This document shows positions 27,826 to 38,213 of a stretch of 64,000 nt of DNA, piece by piece. Position 1 is the stretch's first letter. Each line of letters begins with the position of its first letter. Position numbers and translations under genes: made by a program. The notes beneath the pieces are model-generated. The model saw nothing but the letters and a program-made list of their open reading frames with translations, was not told where the DNA came from and did not search any database. This DNA comes from an uncultured Desulfobacterales bacterium (GTDB taxonomy: Bacteria > Desulfobacterota > Desulfobaccia > Desulfobaccales > 0-14-0-80-60-11), in assembly GCA_964618815.1 (NCBI GenBank), contig CAZUBT010000006.1, positions 739 through 64,738 on the forward strand. The letters are read 5' to 3'.

Positions 27826-30312
27826 ATGACCACCCGTTACGAACCCCGCCGCGTGGAAGCCAAATGGCAGCAGGATTGGGAAGCGCGGCGGCTGTTTAAC
27901 GCCGGGGAAGACCCCGCCCGGCCCAAATACTACGTGCTGGAGATGTTTCCCTATCCATCCGGGCGCATCCACATGGGCCACGTGCGCAACTACACCATCG
28001 GCGACGTGGTGGCCCGGTACAAGCGCATGACGGGCTTTAACGTGCTGCACCCCATGGGCTGGGACGCGTTCGGGCTGCCCGCGGAAAACGCCGCCTTGGC
28101 CCGGGGACTGCACCCGGCGGGTTGGACCAAAGACAACATTGAATATATGAGGCGTCAGCTCAAGGAACTGGGCTACAGCTACGACTGGCCCCGGGAACTG
28201 GCCACCTGCGATCCGGACTATTACCGCTGGGAGCAACTGGTCTTCATCGAGATGTTCCGCCGGGGGCTGGCTTATAAAAGAGAAGCCCCGGTGAACTGGT
28301 GCCCCAAGTGCCAAACGGTGCTGGCCAACGAACAGGTGGAAGGGGGCTGCTGCTGGCGCTGCGACCAAGAAGTGCACCTCAAAGAGCTGTCCCAGTGGTT
28401 CTTTAAGATCACCGCGTACGCCGAGGAATTACTCAGCGATCTGGACCAGTTGGCCCACTGGCCCGAACGGGTCATCACCATGCAGCGCCACTGGATCGGC
28501 AAATCCCAGGGCGCGGAGATTTACTTTCCCATAGAAGGCGGGGGCGACCCCATCACCGTGTTCACCACCCGCCAGGATACCTTGTGGGGGGCCACCTTCA
28601 TGAGCCTGGCGCCGGAGCACCTCCTGGCCTTAACCCTGAGTCGGGGGACCCCCCAGGAAGCCGAGGTGGGCCGCTTCGTGGAATACTGGAAGGCCCAGAA
28701 CCGCAGCCGGGGAGCGCTGGAAGAGGTGACCAAGGAGGGGGTGTTCACCGGAGGGTACTGCGTGAATCCCGTCACCGGTTGGCGTATGCCCATCTACGTG
28801 GCCAACTTCGTGCTCATGGAGTACGGCGCCGGCGCGGTGATGGCGGTGCCGGCCCATGACCAGCGGGATTTCGAGTTCGCCCGAAAGTACGGCCTGCCGG
28901 TGCTGGTGGTGATTCAGCCTCCGGGACAGGAGCTCCGGGCCGACACCATGACCGCGGCTTATGAAGATGAGGGGACCCTGACGGCTTCCGGCGCGTTCAG
29001 CGGCCTGGACAGCCCCCCGGCCCGGGAGGCCATCGCGGATTATCTGGAAGAACAGGGGCTGGGACGGAAAAGCGTCAACTTCCGCCTGCGGGATTGGCTC
29101 ATCTCCCGGCAGCGCTACTGGGGCGCGCCTATCCCTATTATTTATTGCGAAAAATGCGGGATGGTCCCCGTGCCGGAAGCCGACCTGCCGGTGGTCCTGC
29201 CACTGGAGGTGGAAATCACCGCGGTGGGCCGCTCGCCTTTGGCGGAGTCGGCATCCTTCTGGAAAGTGGACTGCCCCACGTGCGGCGGCCCGGCCCGCCG
29301 GGAAGTGGACACCATGGACACCTTTGTGGAGTCCTCCTGGTACTTCCTGCGCTACGCTTGCGCCGACTACGACCAGGGCCCCCTGGACCCGGCCCGGGTG
29401 GATTACTGGCTGCCGGTGGACCAATACATCGGCGGCATCGAACACGCGGTGCTGCACCTGTTGTACGCCCGGTTTTTCACCAAAGTCTTGCGGGACCTGG
29501 GGTTGGTGAAGATCGATGAGCCCTTTAAGCGGCTGCTCACCCAAGGGATGGTTACCAAAGACGGGGCCAAGATGGCCAAATCCAAGGGCAATGTGGTGGA
29601 CCCGGAGTACATGATCCAGGAATACGGCACCGACACCACCCGCCTGTTTCTGCTGTTCGCGGCGCCGCCGGAGAAGGACCTGGAGTGGAGCGACCAGGGA
29701 GTGGCGGGGTGCTCCCGGTTTCTCCATCGCCTGTGGAACCTGGTGCACGGCTTGCTGCCGGAGTTGCGGAAGACGCCGGCCTATGGGGGTGACGGCAGCG
29801 AGTTGTCCGCCAACCTCTGGGAGTTCCGCCACAAGGTCCACCGCACCATCAAGAAGGTGACGGACGACATCGAGGATTCCTTCCACTTCAACACCGCCAT
29901 CGCCGCGGTGATGGAGTTGGTGAACGCCTTTTACCAGGCGGTGGAGCAGCTTCCCCGGGAATATGATACCATGAGGGTGTTCCGGGAGGCGGTGGAGGCA
30001 ATCTTAAAACTCCTCAATCCCATGGTGCCCCATATCGCCGAAGAATTATGGGAGGCCCTGGGGCAGAGCGCGTCCCTACAAACAGCCCCCTGGCCGCAAC
30101 CCCAAGCCGAGGCCCTGGCGCAGTCCGCCTTCACCCTGGTAATCCAGGTCAACGGCAAAGTCCGGAGCCGCCTGACGGTATCCGCGTCCATGACGGATGA
30201 GGAAATTAAAAATGCGGCCCTCACCGACCCTGCCATCCAGAAATGGCTCCAGGGTCAAACTCCCAAAAAGATCGTCATGGCCCGGCGCAAGCTGGTCAAT
30301 ATCGTTATTTGA
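27826..30312 (+). CDS. leuS: leucine--tRNA ligase
   Basis: 828 aa; HMGH and KMAKS(KGN) class I motifs; CP1 editing domain. Confidence 0.97.
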   Translation: MTTRYEPRRVEAKWQQDWEARRLFNAGEDPARPKYYVLEMFPYPSGRIHMGHVRNYTIGDVVARYKRMTGFNVLHPMGWDAFGLPAENAALARGLHPAGWTKDNIEYMRRQLKELGYSYDWPRELATCDPDYYRWEQLVFIEMFRRGLAYKREAPVNWCPKCQTVLANEQVEGGCCWRCDQEVHLKELSQWFFKITAYAEELLSDLDQLAHWPERVITMQRHWIGKSQGAEIYFPIEGGGDPITVFTTRQDTLWGATFMSLAPEHLLALTLSRGTPQEAEVGRFVEYWKAQNRSRGALEEVTKEGVFTGGYCVNPVTGWRMPIYVANFVLMEYGAGAVMAVPAHDQRDFEFARKYGLPVLVVIQPPGQELRADTMTAAYEDEGTLTASGAFSGLDSPPAREAIADYLEEQGLGRKSVNFRLRDWLISRQRYWGAPIPIIYCEKCGMVPVPEADLPVVLPLEVEITAVGRSPLAESASFWKVDCPTCGGPARREVDTMDTFVESSWYFLRYACADYDQGPLDPARVDYWLPVDQYIGGIEHAVLHLLYARFFTKVLRDLGLVKIDEPFKRLLTQGMVTKDGAKMAKSKGNVVDPEYMIQEYGTDTTRLFLLFAAPPEKDLEWSDQGVAGCSRFLHRLWNLVHGLLPELRKTPAYGGDGSELSANLWEFRHKVHRTIKKVTDDIEDSFHFNTAIAAVMELVNAFYQAVEQLPREYDTMRVFREAVEAILKLLNPMVPHIAEELWEALGQSASLQTAPWPQPQAEALAQSAFTLVIQVNGKVRSRLTVSASMTDEEIKNAALTDPAIQKWLQGQTPKKIVMARRKLVNIVI

Positions 30313-30323
30313 GGAATACCGTC

Positions 30324-30833
30324 ATGCACGCCCCCTGCCGCCGACTTTACGTATTGCTTATCCTTGTCCTGGTGGGCTGCGGTTACCGGCCCATGGGCGC
30401 GGCGCCGCTCTCGCCCCAGGGCGCGCCCACCATCGCCATACCGCCCTTTGCCAACCGCTCCACCGAAGTGGGGCTGGAAGCCATCTTTGCCGGGGCCTTG
30501 ATTAACACCTTCTCCCAGACCAAAGCTCTCAAGGTCACCTCCAGCGCCCAGGATGCGGACCTGGTCCTGGAAGGCAAGGTGCGCTCCATCGACAACACCT
30601 CGGTGGCCTTCATCGACGTGACCCGCTCCACGGTGCGGCGGGTGACCCTCAGGATTGAGCTGAACCTCCGCAAGGGAGGCAAGACCCTGTGGCGGGACAA
30701 CATGGTGCTTCAGGAAGACTACGTGGTGGACCCCAACTACCACATCGGCGAAGCCACCAAGAGCGAGGGCCTGCGCCGGGCCGCCGTCACCATGGCCAAG
30801 AGGGTGCTGGATAAGGTGTTGTTGGTGATTTAG
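30324..30833 (+). CDS. lptE: LPS-assembly lipoprotein LptE-like
   Basis: Lipobox LVGC after the ATG at 30324 (SD GAGGAA 7 nt upstream); conserved leuS-lptE-holA position. Confidence 0.65.
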   Translation: MHAPCRRLYVLLILVLVGCGYRPMGAAPLSPQGAPTIAIPPFANRSTEVGLEAIFAGALINTFSQTKALKVTSSAQDADLVLEGKVRSIDNTSVAFIDVTRSTVRRVTLRIELNLRKGGKTLWRDNMVLQEDYVVDPNYHIGEATKSEGLRRAAVTMAKRVLDKVLLVI

Positions 30834-30920
30834 CAGTGAGCAGTGAGCAGTTAGGGAGTAGGGGGCATTTTGAGCAGGTTCCGCTATCTGGTAACTGACA
30901 ACTGACAACTGACAACTGAG
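30834..30920. repeat. heptamer arrays (CAGTGAG x 3-4; AACTGAC x 4) in the lptE-holA spacer
   Basis: 30834-30861 and 30893-30920 read directly. Confidence 0.85.
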
Positions 30921-30925
30921 TAAAA

Positions 30926-31918
30926 ATGTCCCATCCCATCCTGGAACGTCATATCGAACGCCGGGCTTTGAAGCCCCTCTACCTCTTTTACGGGGAGGAG
31001 GAGTTCCTCATGCACCGGGCCTTGCAGCGCCTGGAAGCGGCCCTGGGGGAACAGGCCGGCGAGGCGCCCCTGAAGGTGGTGCAGGAGGCCCAGGAGGTAT
31101 CCCTGGGGGAATTCCTGGCCCAGTCCCGCAATGCGCCCCTGTTTGGCACGGGCCAGCTCCTGGTGCTGCGCCATGTGGACACCTACCCCGCCGAGGCCCT
31201 GAAAGCGGTGAGCGAGTATCTGGACCGTCCCGCGCCCCGGGCCTGGGTGGCGCTCATAGGGGAGGGCCTGAAGTTCCGGGACCTGGCAAAGCCGCCCTGG
31301 TCCCGCATCCAGCAGGCGGACGCGGCCCTGGGGTTTTTCCGTTTAAAGGAAGGGGAACTGCTCCAATGGCTGAACCAGGAGGCCAGGAATTTAGGGAAAA
31401 CCCTATCCATGGCCGCGGCCCAGCGCCTGGCGGAGATCGCCGGAAACAACCTCTTTGAATTGACCCAGGAGTTAGAAAAACTGGCCTTATACGCCGGGGA
31501 GGAGAAGACCCTTACCCCCGGTCTGGTGTCCCAACTGGCCAGCCACAGCCGACATTACAATATCTTCGCCCTGGTGGACACCCTGGGGGAGACCGCGCCC
31601 CAGAAGCGCTTGGCCGCGCTGGACCATCTCCTGGACCTGGGGGAGCACCCGGCCAAGATCCTGGGAATGTTGGCCCGGCAACTGCGTTTTCTCATCCGCG
31701 TTAAGGAATCATCCGGCGCCCCCGGGGATCTGGCCAAAAGCTTTAATCTTCCCCAGGGAGTGGTAAAGGGCCTGGTCCAACAGGCGGGCCGGTTCTCCGA
31801 AACTGCGCTGCGCTCCCACCTGTTTTTGCTGCACCGCATCGACTACCACCTGAAAACCTCCGCCGGCGCCCCCCGGGTCTGGCTGGAATGGGGCTTGCTG
31901 CAAATGGGGCCGGGGTGA
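30926..31918 (+). CDS. holA: DNA polymerase III subunit delta
   Basis: 330 aa; N-terminal LKPLYLFYGEE typical of HolA; synteny after leuS-lptE. Confidence 0.85.
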   Translation: MSHPILERHIERRALKPLYLFYGEEEFLMHRALQRLEAALGEQAGEAPLKVVQEAQEVSLGEFLAQSRNAPLFGTGQLLVLRHVDTYPAEALKAVSEYLDRPAPRAWVALIGEGLKFRDLAKPPWSRIQQADAALGFFRLKEGELLQWLNQEARNLGKTLSMAAAQRLAEIAGNNLFELTQELEKLALYAGEEKTLTPGLVSQLASHSRHYNIFALVDTLGETAPQKRLAALDHLLDLGEHPAKILGMLARQLRFLIRVKESSGAPGDLAKSFNLPQGVVKGLVQQAGRFSETALRSHLFLLHRIDYHLKTSAGAPRVWLEWGLLQMGPG

Positions 31919-32084
31919 GGCGGCTCCGTTAAAGGTGCGTAAGACGCACCCTACAATGGGGCCGGGGTGAGGCAGGGAAACGGTTTTCGGTTTTCTGTTT
32001 TCTGTTAAAAGAAATTGAATTATCAATAAGAGCTTTTTCCAAAATTCCGTTTCCTGCCGGTTTGTGGGCAAGTTATCCAGGAAA

Positions 32085-32145
32085 TGTAGGACCGCCGCCC
32101 TCGGCTGTCCCCTCCGGATACACCGCCGGGGGCGGCGGTGCTACA
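32085..32145. repeat. REPIN-like doublet, family F
   Basis: TGTAGGACCGCCGCCCTCGG ... CCGGGGGCGGCGGTGCTACA inverted pair. Confidence 0.75.
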
Positions 32146-32720
32146 CATACAGGCGCGCTGGCCGTGGAACAGGATGAACAGCTCCGCGCCGAAATGGCCG
32201 AGTGGGAAGTGACAGTGGGGGATGGGATCGAAGCTGAGGTCCCCCTCTCCGAAGTGAGGGAAGAAAGAGGTCCGGGGACCGCGGAGAAGGATATTTATAC
32301 AATATAACTCTGAGGCGCGGGGGTGGCTCATACCAGGTTGCGCTCATAAAGGTAATATTCGAAGAAGAATGGGTGGGCAGTGCCCACCCTACATTTTTTC
32401 CCTGGCAGGGGCACGGCTTGCCGTGCCCGCAACTAAGGTGAAGTTTCGTGAAACGGATTTTCACAGGAAAGCCTGCGACTAACACCAAATTACCTGTTTG
32501 GTCGCATTTTGGTATCAATCAATGGTGCGTAGGACGCACCCTACAAGAACGGCAAATGGGGCCGGGGTGAGGGGAGGGGCCGAAGACCGAGAGTCAATCC
32601 AGGGCGAACACCAGGTTCGCCCCTACGAAAAATACACCTTTGATGGCGAATTGGTCTCAGAGGTTCCTTAGAAAAACCTTTTGAGGGGAAGGCCGGGCCG
32701 GGGGATGGAGGCGGTGGGGA

Positions 32721-32790
32721 TTCAGGTTGAAGGTTCAAGGCTTCTACTTTGAGCCTTGAACCTTGAACCTTGAACTATCAACTTTTAAGT
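32721..32790. repeat. inverted GGTTCAA heptamer arrays forming a long hairpin
   Basis: GGTTGAAGGTTCAAGGCT ... AGCCTTGAACCTTGAACCTTGAAC. Confidence 0.85.
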
Positions 32791-32857
32791 CGATTTTAAA
32801 AAGCTGAGAGCTGACTGCTGAAAGCTATTAACCCACCCTACCTCAAAGAATTATTTC

Positions 32858-33127
32858 TTAAGCGCCCTTGAGGGCGTTGACTTGCTTGGTGAGGCGGGAG
32901 ATTTTCCGGGCGGCGGTGCGCCAGTGGAGGGTGCCTTTGCCGGCCACCTTGGCGATGGTGGGCACTGCCTTTTCCAGGGCGGTTGCCGCGCTCTCCAGAT
33001 TTTTCCGGGATACCGCGGCGCGCACTTCCCGCACTGCGTGTTTCACCCGGGTCTTGCGGCTCTGGTTCCGCACCCGCCGTTTTTCATTCTGTCTGGCCCG
33101 CTTCATCGCGGAGATATGTCTGGCCAA
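32858..33127 (-). CDS. rpsT: 30S ribosomal protein S20
   Basis: 89 aa, basic; SAMKRARQNEKRR start typical of S20. Confidence 0.95.
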   Translation of the reverse strand: MARHISAMKRARQNEKRRVRNQSRKTRVKHAVREVRAAVSRKNLESAATALEKAVPTIAKVAGKGTLHWRTAARKISRLTKQVNALKGA

Positions 33128-33185
33128 AGATAATTTCCTCCATTATAGAAATGTTTTATAAGTCTGTCTGATTAGCCGGGGTTTG

Positions 33186-33752
33186 TCAATCCCCCTCGGG
33201 ATATTGCCGGAAAAAAGTCAGGAAATAACCCACTCCCGAGGCCACGGTAGTGATCAGGGCCAGCCATAGGAGCATCAGGCCCGCCCAATGAAAGTCCAAT
33301 CCATAGTAAGGGTAGTGCAAGATCAGGGCGAACAGCGCCGCCATCTGCAGGAAGGTCTTGGTTTTGCCCCAGTGGTCCGGGTCCAGGATGATGCCCTCCG
33401 CCGCGGCCAAGGCCCGCAAACCCGTTACCGCCAGTTCCCGGCCGATGATGAGAAACGCCATCCAGGCCGGAACCCGATCCAAAGGGATGAGCATGATGAG
33501 GGCCGCGGACACCAGGAGTTTGTCCGCCAGGGGGTCCATGAATCTTCCCCACCGGCTCACCAGTTGCCGGCGTCGGGCCAGAAATCCGTCCAGGAAATCC
33601 GTGGCCCCGGCCAGCAAAAAGCACACTGCGGCCAGACCGCTGACCACTGGGCCGGAAAAACTCAATAGCAGGACCAGCAGGGGGATGGCGGCAACCCGGG
33701 CCCCGGTCAAGAGATTAGGTAAATGCCACAACTGGCGCTGGCTCAGTTCCAT
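33186..33752 (-). CDS. pgsA: CDP-diacylglycerol--glycerol-3-phosphate 3-phosphatidyltransferase
   Basis: LPNLLT..R N-terminus and DFLDGFLARR...G.FMDPLADK motif. Confidence 0.9.
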   Translation of the reverse strand: MELSQRQLWHLPNLLTGARVAAIPLLVLLLSFSGPVVSGLAAVCFLLAGATDFLDGFLARRRQLVSRWGRFMDPLADKLLVSAALIMLIPLDRVPAWMAFLIIGRELAVTGLRALAAAEGIILDPDHWGKTKTFLQMAALFALILHYPYYGLDFHWAGLMLLWLALITTVASGVGYFLTFFRQYPEGD

Positions 33753-33753
33753 G

Positions 33754-34413
33754 TCAACCCTTATTGGCGCGCTCCCAATCCTCCAGGAACTTCTTTAAGC
33801 CGATATCCGTGAGGGGATGCTTGAGCAGTTGCATGATCACCCCATAGGGAATGGTGGCGATATCCGCGCCCGCCAGGGCCCCATCCAGGACATGGAGGGG
33901 ATGGCGGACGGAAGCCACGATGATCTCCGTGTCGTAGCCGTAATTGTCATAGATGGTGAGGATCTGCTCCACAATCTCCATGCCCCGGTGACTGATGTCG
34001 TCCAGACGGCCGATGAAGGGGCTGACGTAGGCCGCGCCCGCCTTGGCGGCCATGAGGGCCTGGAGGGGTTGAAAGATGAGGGTGACGTTGACCCTGATCC
34101 CTTCCTCGGCCAGGATGCGGGTGGCTTTGAGGCCGTCCGCGGTCATGGGCACCTTCACGGACACTTGTTCGTGAATTTTGGCCAGTTCCCTGGCCTCGGC
34201 CACCATGGCCCGGGCCTCCACCGCCACCACTTCGGCGTTCACCGGCCCTTCCACGATGTCGCAGATGGTCCGGATATGCTCCTTAAACCCGGCATGGGTG
34301 CTGATCCCCACTTTGGCACAGAGGCTGGGGTTGGTGGTCACTCCGTCCACCAGCCCCAGGCTGTGGGCCTCCCGGATTTCATCCAAGTTGGCGGTATCGA
34401 TAAAGAATTTCAT
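33754..34413 (-). CDS. fsa: short (type 3B) transaldolase / fructose-6-phosphate aldolase
   Basis: [15 protein letters not shown]...GVTTNPSL...KVP; 219 aa. Confidence 0.9.
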   Translation of the reverse strand: MKFFIDTANLDEIREAHSLGLVDGVTTNPSLCAKVGISTHAGFKEHIRTICDIVEGPVNAEVVAVEARAMVAEARELAKIHEQVSVKVPMTADGLKATRILAEEGIRVNVTLIFQPLQALMAAKAGAAYVSPFIGRLDDISHRGMEIVEQILTIYDNYGYDTEIIVASVRHPLHVLDGALAGADIATIPYGVIMQLLKHPLTDIGLKKFLEDWERANKG

Positions 34414-34437
34414 AAGAACCCCTCTTTATAACATTAT

Positions 34438-34701
34438 TCAGGCGCCGCCGCCATGCCGGAAGCGCTTCAAACACCCTTCGGAGCAGAAAAAATACGCTTT
34501 GCCGTCCCTCTCCGCTTTCAATGCCTCTTTCCGGGGGATAAAGGTCCCGCATACGGGGTCCTGGACCAGCACATCCGGTTCCCTGTCCTTACTTTCCACC
34601 GGCCGGGGCGCTTGGGGCCACAGGCCCAAGAGGCGGGCGACTTTCCGGATGATGATAAACCCCAAATATCCGACCAATAAACCTAAAAGCAGGCGTGTCA
34701 T
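34438..34701 (-). CDS. membrane-anchored YHS/TRASH-domain protein
   Basis: One N-terminal TM then DPVCG...YFFCSEGC..F metal-binding YHS-type motif. Confidence 0.6.
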   Translation of the reverse strand: MTRLLLGLLVGYLGFIIIRKVARLLGLWPQAPRPVESKDREPDVLVQDPVCGTFIPRKEALKAERDGKAYFFCSEGCLKRFRHGGGA

Positions 34702-34960
34702 GAAGGCCTCGGTCCTGAAAAGACGGTAATCCGTTATCGGTTTTCAGTTTTCGGTTGAAAGACCGGAAAGCAGCAGCGCTCCTCGCCCCGAGCTCCCGTT
34801 GGGAACCTAACCTGTAGGGCGGCTACTGCGACCAGCTTTGCTGATTTACCCCAACCTCAGCGTTGACCGGGGTCATTGCCCCCCAGAGCCTGGCCGGCAT
34901 CGGCGTTCCCTGGCTCGGCTGAAAACCGGAGTCGAGAAAACCTCCTCGAGGCAATCACTG

Positions 34961-35488
34961 TTAGGCCACCCGCTGCAAGGCTGCCAGCGCGGCAGGGTCC
35001 AGCTCCCGGAGAAGTTCCCCGGCGCTCATATCCAGCGCTGGATGCCAGGCTTCCGGGGCGATCTCCGCCAGCGGCGCCAGGACAAAAGCCCGGCGGTGCA
35101 TTTCCGGATGGGGCAGGATCAGCTCCGGATCCTGACTAATTATGCCATTATATAATAATAAATCCAGGTCAATGACGCGAGGCCCCCATTTCTCTCCCCG
35201 AACCCGTCCCAGGGCGGCTTCCACCACATGCAGCGCCCGCAGCAGGTCTTCCGGGGCCAGCCGGGTGCGCGCTTTAGCCACGGCATTGACATACCAGGGC
35301 TGATCCGCCGGTCCCAAAGGCGGGTTGCGGTAGAAGGCGGAGACCTTGAGGATTTCCACTTCCTCCACCGCGCCCAAAAGGTCCAGGGCCTGCCTTAATT
35401 GTAACTCCGGATCCCCCAGATTGGCCCCCAGGCCGATATAGGCGATGACGGGGTATCTTTCGGTGATGGCCGCGGGTCCCAAGGGCAT
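34961..35488 (-). CDS. folK: 2-amino-4-hydroxy-6-hydroxymethyldihydropteridine diphosphokinase
   Basis: IAYIGLGANLG...R..GPR.IDLD...PHP motifs; start moved to the ATG at 35488 so it no longer overlaps the upstream gene. Confidence 0.85.
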   Translation of the reverse strand: MPLGPAAITERYPVIAYIGLGANLGDPELQLRQALDLLGAVEEVEILKVSAFYRNPPLGPADQPWYVNAVAKARTRLAPEDLLRALHVVEAALGRVRGEKWGPRVIDLDLLLYNGIISQDPELILPHPEMHRRAFVLAPLAEIAPEAWHPALDMSAGELLRELDPAALAALQRVA

Positions 35489-35495
35489 TATTTTC

Positions 35496-36842
35496 TCATC
35501 CCGCCGGCTTGAGCCGGCTTCTACCGGGCCCCAGAGAGGAGATGAATCGGCGCTCATTGGCCAGGAACCCGATGGCCAGGGTAAATATCACCGGTTCATA
35601 AGGGACCCGGAATCGAACGTCACCGAAAAATATTAGGGTGACAGCCAGGGGGATGACTAAGATTAAAAATAACGCCGCGTATTTCTTGATTATTATTGAT
35701 CTTCCCAGAAAGATAAAAGCAAAGAACGTTACGTATAATATAAAGTATGGGGCTACTATTAAAGTATTTATCAGCTCACTATAACTCTTAGGTACGATCC
35801 GAAAAGATGGCTTTATCAAATTTAGTATTTTCCTTAATTCAAGATAGAGGAGAAAAGAAAAGTCAACTTTATTGAGATTCTCCAGCCCTTTTTCCCAAAG
35901 ATAGCTATTATACTTTGCCTCATCCTGCCTCAACGAAGTTAAATAAGCCTTTTCATCTTTTGAAAGATAGAAACCCGGCTCCGCCCAGGAGCCGGGAGAT
36001 CGGTGAAATATTTTCTCATTGTGGGCGCCGGCAAAAACTATTCCCGACAAGGTGGAAATGCCGATAAATTTATCCATCACCAAATAATTTCGGATAAACC
36101 AGGGAGAAACCGTCAAAAAGAAAGTTAAACAAAAGACAGTTATAATCAGATAATTATGACGTTTTTCCTTAAAGACTAAATATACTAAATAGATAACATA
36201 AAGAGGAAATAGTAAAATGCCTTCCGCCCGGGTTAATGGAATTAAACCGGCCAATAGGCCGGCAAGAGCGGCATGTTTGAGATTATGATACTTAATTAAA
36301 TAAGTGAATGAGATTAAAAAGCTAATTAATAATAAGGAGAAAATGGTTTCAGAATTCAATCCCACCATCCAATTATATGTATGAGGGCTGAGGCCCACCA
36401 CAATCATAGCCAACAAGCCCGTTTCCCTACCCCAATATAATTTAGCAAGAAAATATGCCCCCAAAGAGATCAGAGAAGCCAAAAGAGCATTAAGGATAAA
36501 CCCATAAATGATATTGTTGGTAAAGAAAAAAATGGGTGTAAGCAGCAAAGGCCATACCGGCACCCGCATGGCCGAAGGAGTTATCCCATTAATGGAATAT
36601 ATTCTCTTGTTAGCTAAATTATAGGCTCGGTGGACATAGCCGCCTTCATCCCCGAAAAAATTAACACCAAACTGGGCTTTGGAATGAGCGGCTAACTTGA
36701 TAGTTCCTACTTCCCGGTCGGGCAATTCAATAAAAAATAAGAAAAGCAAATGTAATACCAGGATCAATCCAAACAGGATACAAATGAAACAAGACCATTT
36801 AATTCCGGTTAATTTGGGCAACATGAGCTTGGGGGCCTTCAT
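35496..36842 (-). CDS. GT-C fold glycosyltransferase (ArnT/PMT_2-like, family 39/83), polytopic membrane protein
   Basis: More than 10 hydrophobic segments; first-loop FFGDEGGYVHRAYNL resembles the DE..Y motif of ArnT/PMT_2 enzymes; about 33% GC in a sampled line; start placed at MKAPKLML. Confidence 0.65.
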   Translation of the reverse strand: MKAPKLMLPKLTGIKWSCFICILFGLILVLHLLFLFFIELPDREVGTIKLAAHSKAQFGVNFFGDEGGYVHRAYNLANKRIYSINGITPSAMRVPVWPLLLTPIFFFTNNIIYGFILNALLASLISLGAYFLAKLYWGRETGLLAMIVVGLSPHTYNWMVGLNSETIFSLLLISFLISFTYLIKYHNLKHAALAGLLAGLIPLTRAEGILLFPLYVIYLVYLVFKEKRHNYLIITVFCLTFFLTVSPWFIRNYLVMDKFIGISTLSGIVFAGAHNEKIFHRSPGSWAEPGFYLSKDEKAYLTSLRQDEAKYNSYLWEKGLENLNKVDFSFLLYLELRKILNLIKPSFRIVPKSYSELINTLIVAPYFILYVTFFAFIFLGRSIIIKKYAALFLILVIPLAVTLIFFGDVRFRVPYEPVIFTLAIGFLANERRFISSLGPGRSRLKPAG

Positions 36843-37046
36843 GGCAGGGCAGGGGTCAATCGTTCTCAGAGCCTCAAGTTTCAAGTTTCGAGTTTTAAAA
36901 GGCAGTTGGGAAAGGGGGCCAGGGGCTTTTTTATAAGTGGCCCCTGCCCCCTCTCCCAAACCCACTTTTGCAAGAGGCTCTTATGCATGGAGTTTGCAGC
37001 ATTTCCAAGAGAACCTAAGATTTTTTTTGGAACTCCGGGGGTTTCC

Positions 37047-38213
37047 TCACCCCAGTTTCTGCAGGCGGGCCAGGGCCTCCTCCAGCCGCGTCTTGGGCAC
37101 CGTGAGGGCCAGGCGCACGTAGCCCTCTCCGGGCCGACCCAGGCCGATGCCGGGAATCACCACGATGCCGGCCTGCTCCAGCAGGTGGGCGGCGAAGCTC
37201 ATGGAGGTCAGGCCCGGGGGCGTCGCCATCCACACATAGAAGGTGGCCTTGGGCAGGTCCACGTCGTAGCCCAATTGCTTCAGCCCCCCTACCAGGGTAT
37301 CCCGGCGTTCCTGCAAGATGCGGCAGTTTTCCGCCACGCAGCTCTGATCGGAATCCAACGCCGCCACCCCGGCGATCTGAATGGCGTCAAAGGCCCCGGA
37401 GTCGATATTGCTTTTGATTTTTCCCAAGGCCGCCAGCACGTCCTGATTGCCCACGGCCATGCCTAAGCGCCAGCCCGTCATGTTGTAGGTCTTGGACAGG
37501 GAGTGAAACTCGATGCCGATGTCCTTGGCGCCCGGCGCTTCCAGGAAGCTGGGGGGCCGGTAGCCGTCGAAGGCCAGTTCGGTGTAAGCCGCGTCATGCA
37601 CCGCAATGATTTTATGCTCTCGGCAATAATCCACCACCTGCCGGAAAAAATCCAGATCCGCCACCGCCGCGGTAGGATTGTTGGGATAATTGAAGAAAAA
37701 CGCCCTGGCGTCCCGGGCCAGCAACGGGGGAATATCTTTAAATACCGGTAAAAAGCCGTTCTCCCGGGTCAGGGGCATGAAATGACAGTAGCCCCCGGCG
37801 AACAACGTACCCATCTGATACACCGGGTACCCGGGGCTGGGGACCAGATTGAGGTCTTCGGGATTATTGATCCCCAGGGGCAAGTGGGCAATGCCCTCCT
37901 TGGAGCCGATGAGAGTGACGACCTCGCGGTCCGGGTCCAGCTCCACCCCGAAGCGCTTCTGATACCAGCGGGCCACCGCGGCTCGGAAGAGACTCATGCC
38001 GGTGTACAGGGGATACCGGTGGGTGGCGGGGTCCTTGACCGCGTCCAGCATCTTGTCCACGATGAAGCGAGGCGTGGGCAAATCCGGGTCCCCTACCCCC
38101 AAATCGATGATATCCACCCCCTGGGCCCGCACTTGGGCTTTCTTTTCGTCAATTTCTTTAAAAAGATAAGGCGGTATCAGTTTTAAACGGTCGGCTGCCT
38201 GGAACCAATCCAT
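37047..38213 (-). CDS. dapL: LL-diaminopimelate aminotransferase
   Basis: N-terminal LIPPYLFKEID..K......G.DIIDLGVGDPD.PTP and SLSKTYNMTGWR PLP-lysine motif. Confidence 0.85.
   Translation of the reverse strand: MDWFQAADRLKLIPPYLFKEIDEKKAQVRAQGVDIIDLGVGDPDLPTPRFIVDKMLDAVKDPATHRYPLYTGMSLFRAAVARWYQKRFGVELDPDREVVTLIGSKEGIAHLPLGINNPEDLNLVPSPGYPVYQMGTLFAGGYCHFMPLTRENGFLPVFKDIPPLLARDARAFFFNYPNNPTAAVADLDFFRQVVDYCREHKIIAVHDAAYTELAFDGYRPPSFLEAPGAKDIGIEFHSLSKTYNMTGWRLGMAVGNQDVLAALGKIKSNIDSGAFDAIQIAGVAALDSDQSCVAENCRILQERRDTLVGGLKQLGYDVDLPKATFYVWMATPPGLTSMSFAAHLLEQAGIVVIPGIGLGRPGEGYVRLALTVPKTRLEEALARLQKLG

Noticed and set aside
28630-29886. 418-aa minus-strand ORF inside leuS
   Set aside because: Antisense to LeuRS; no motifs.
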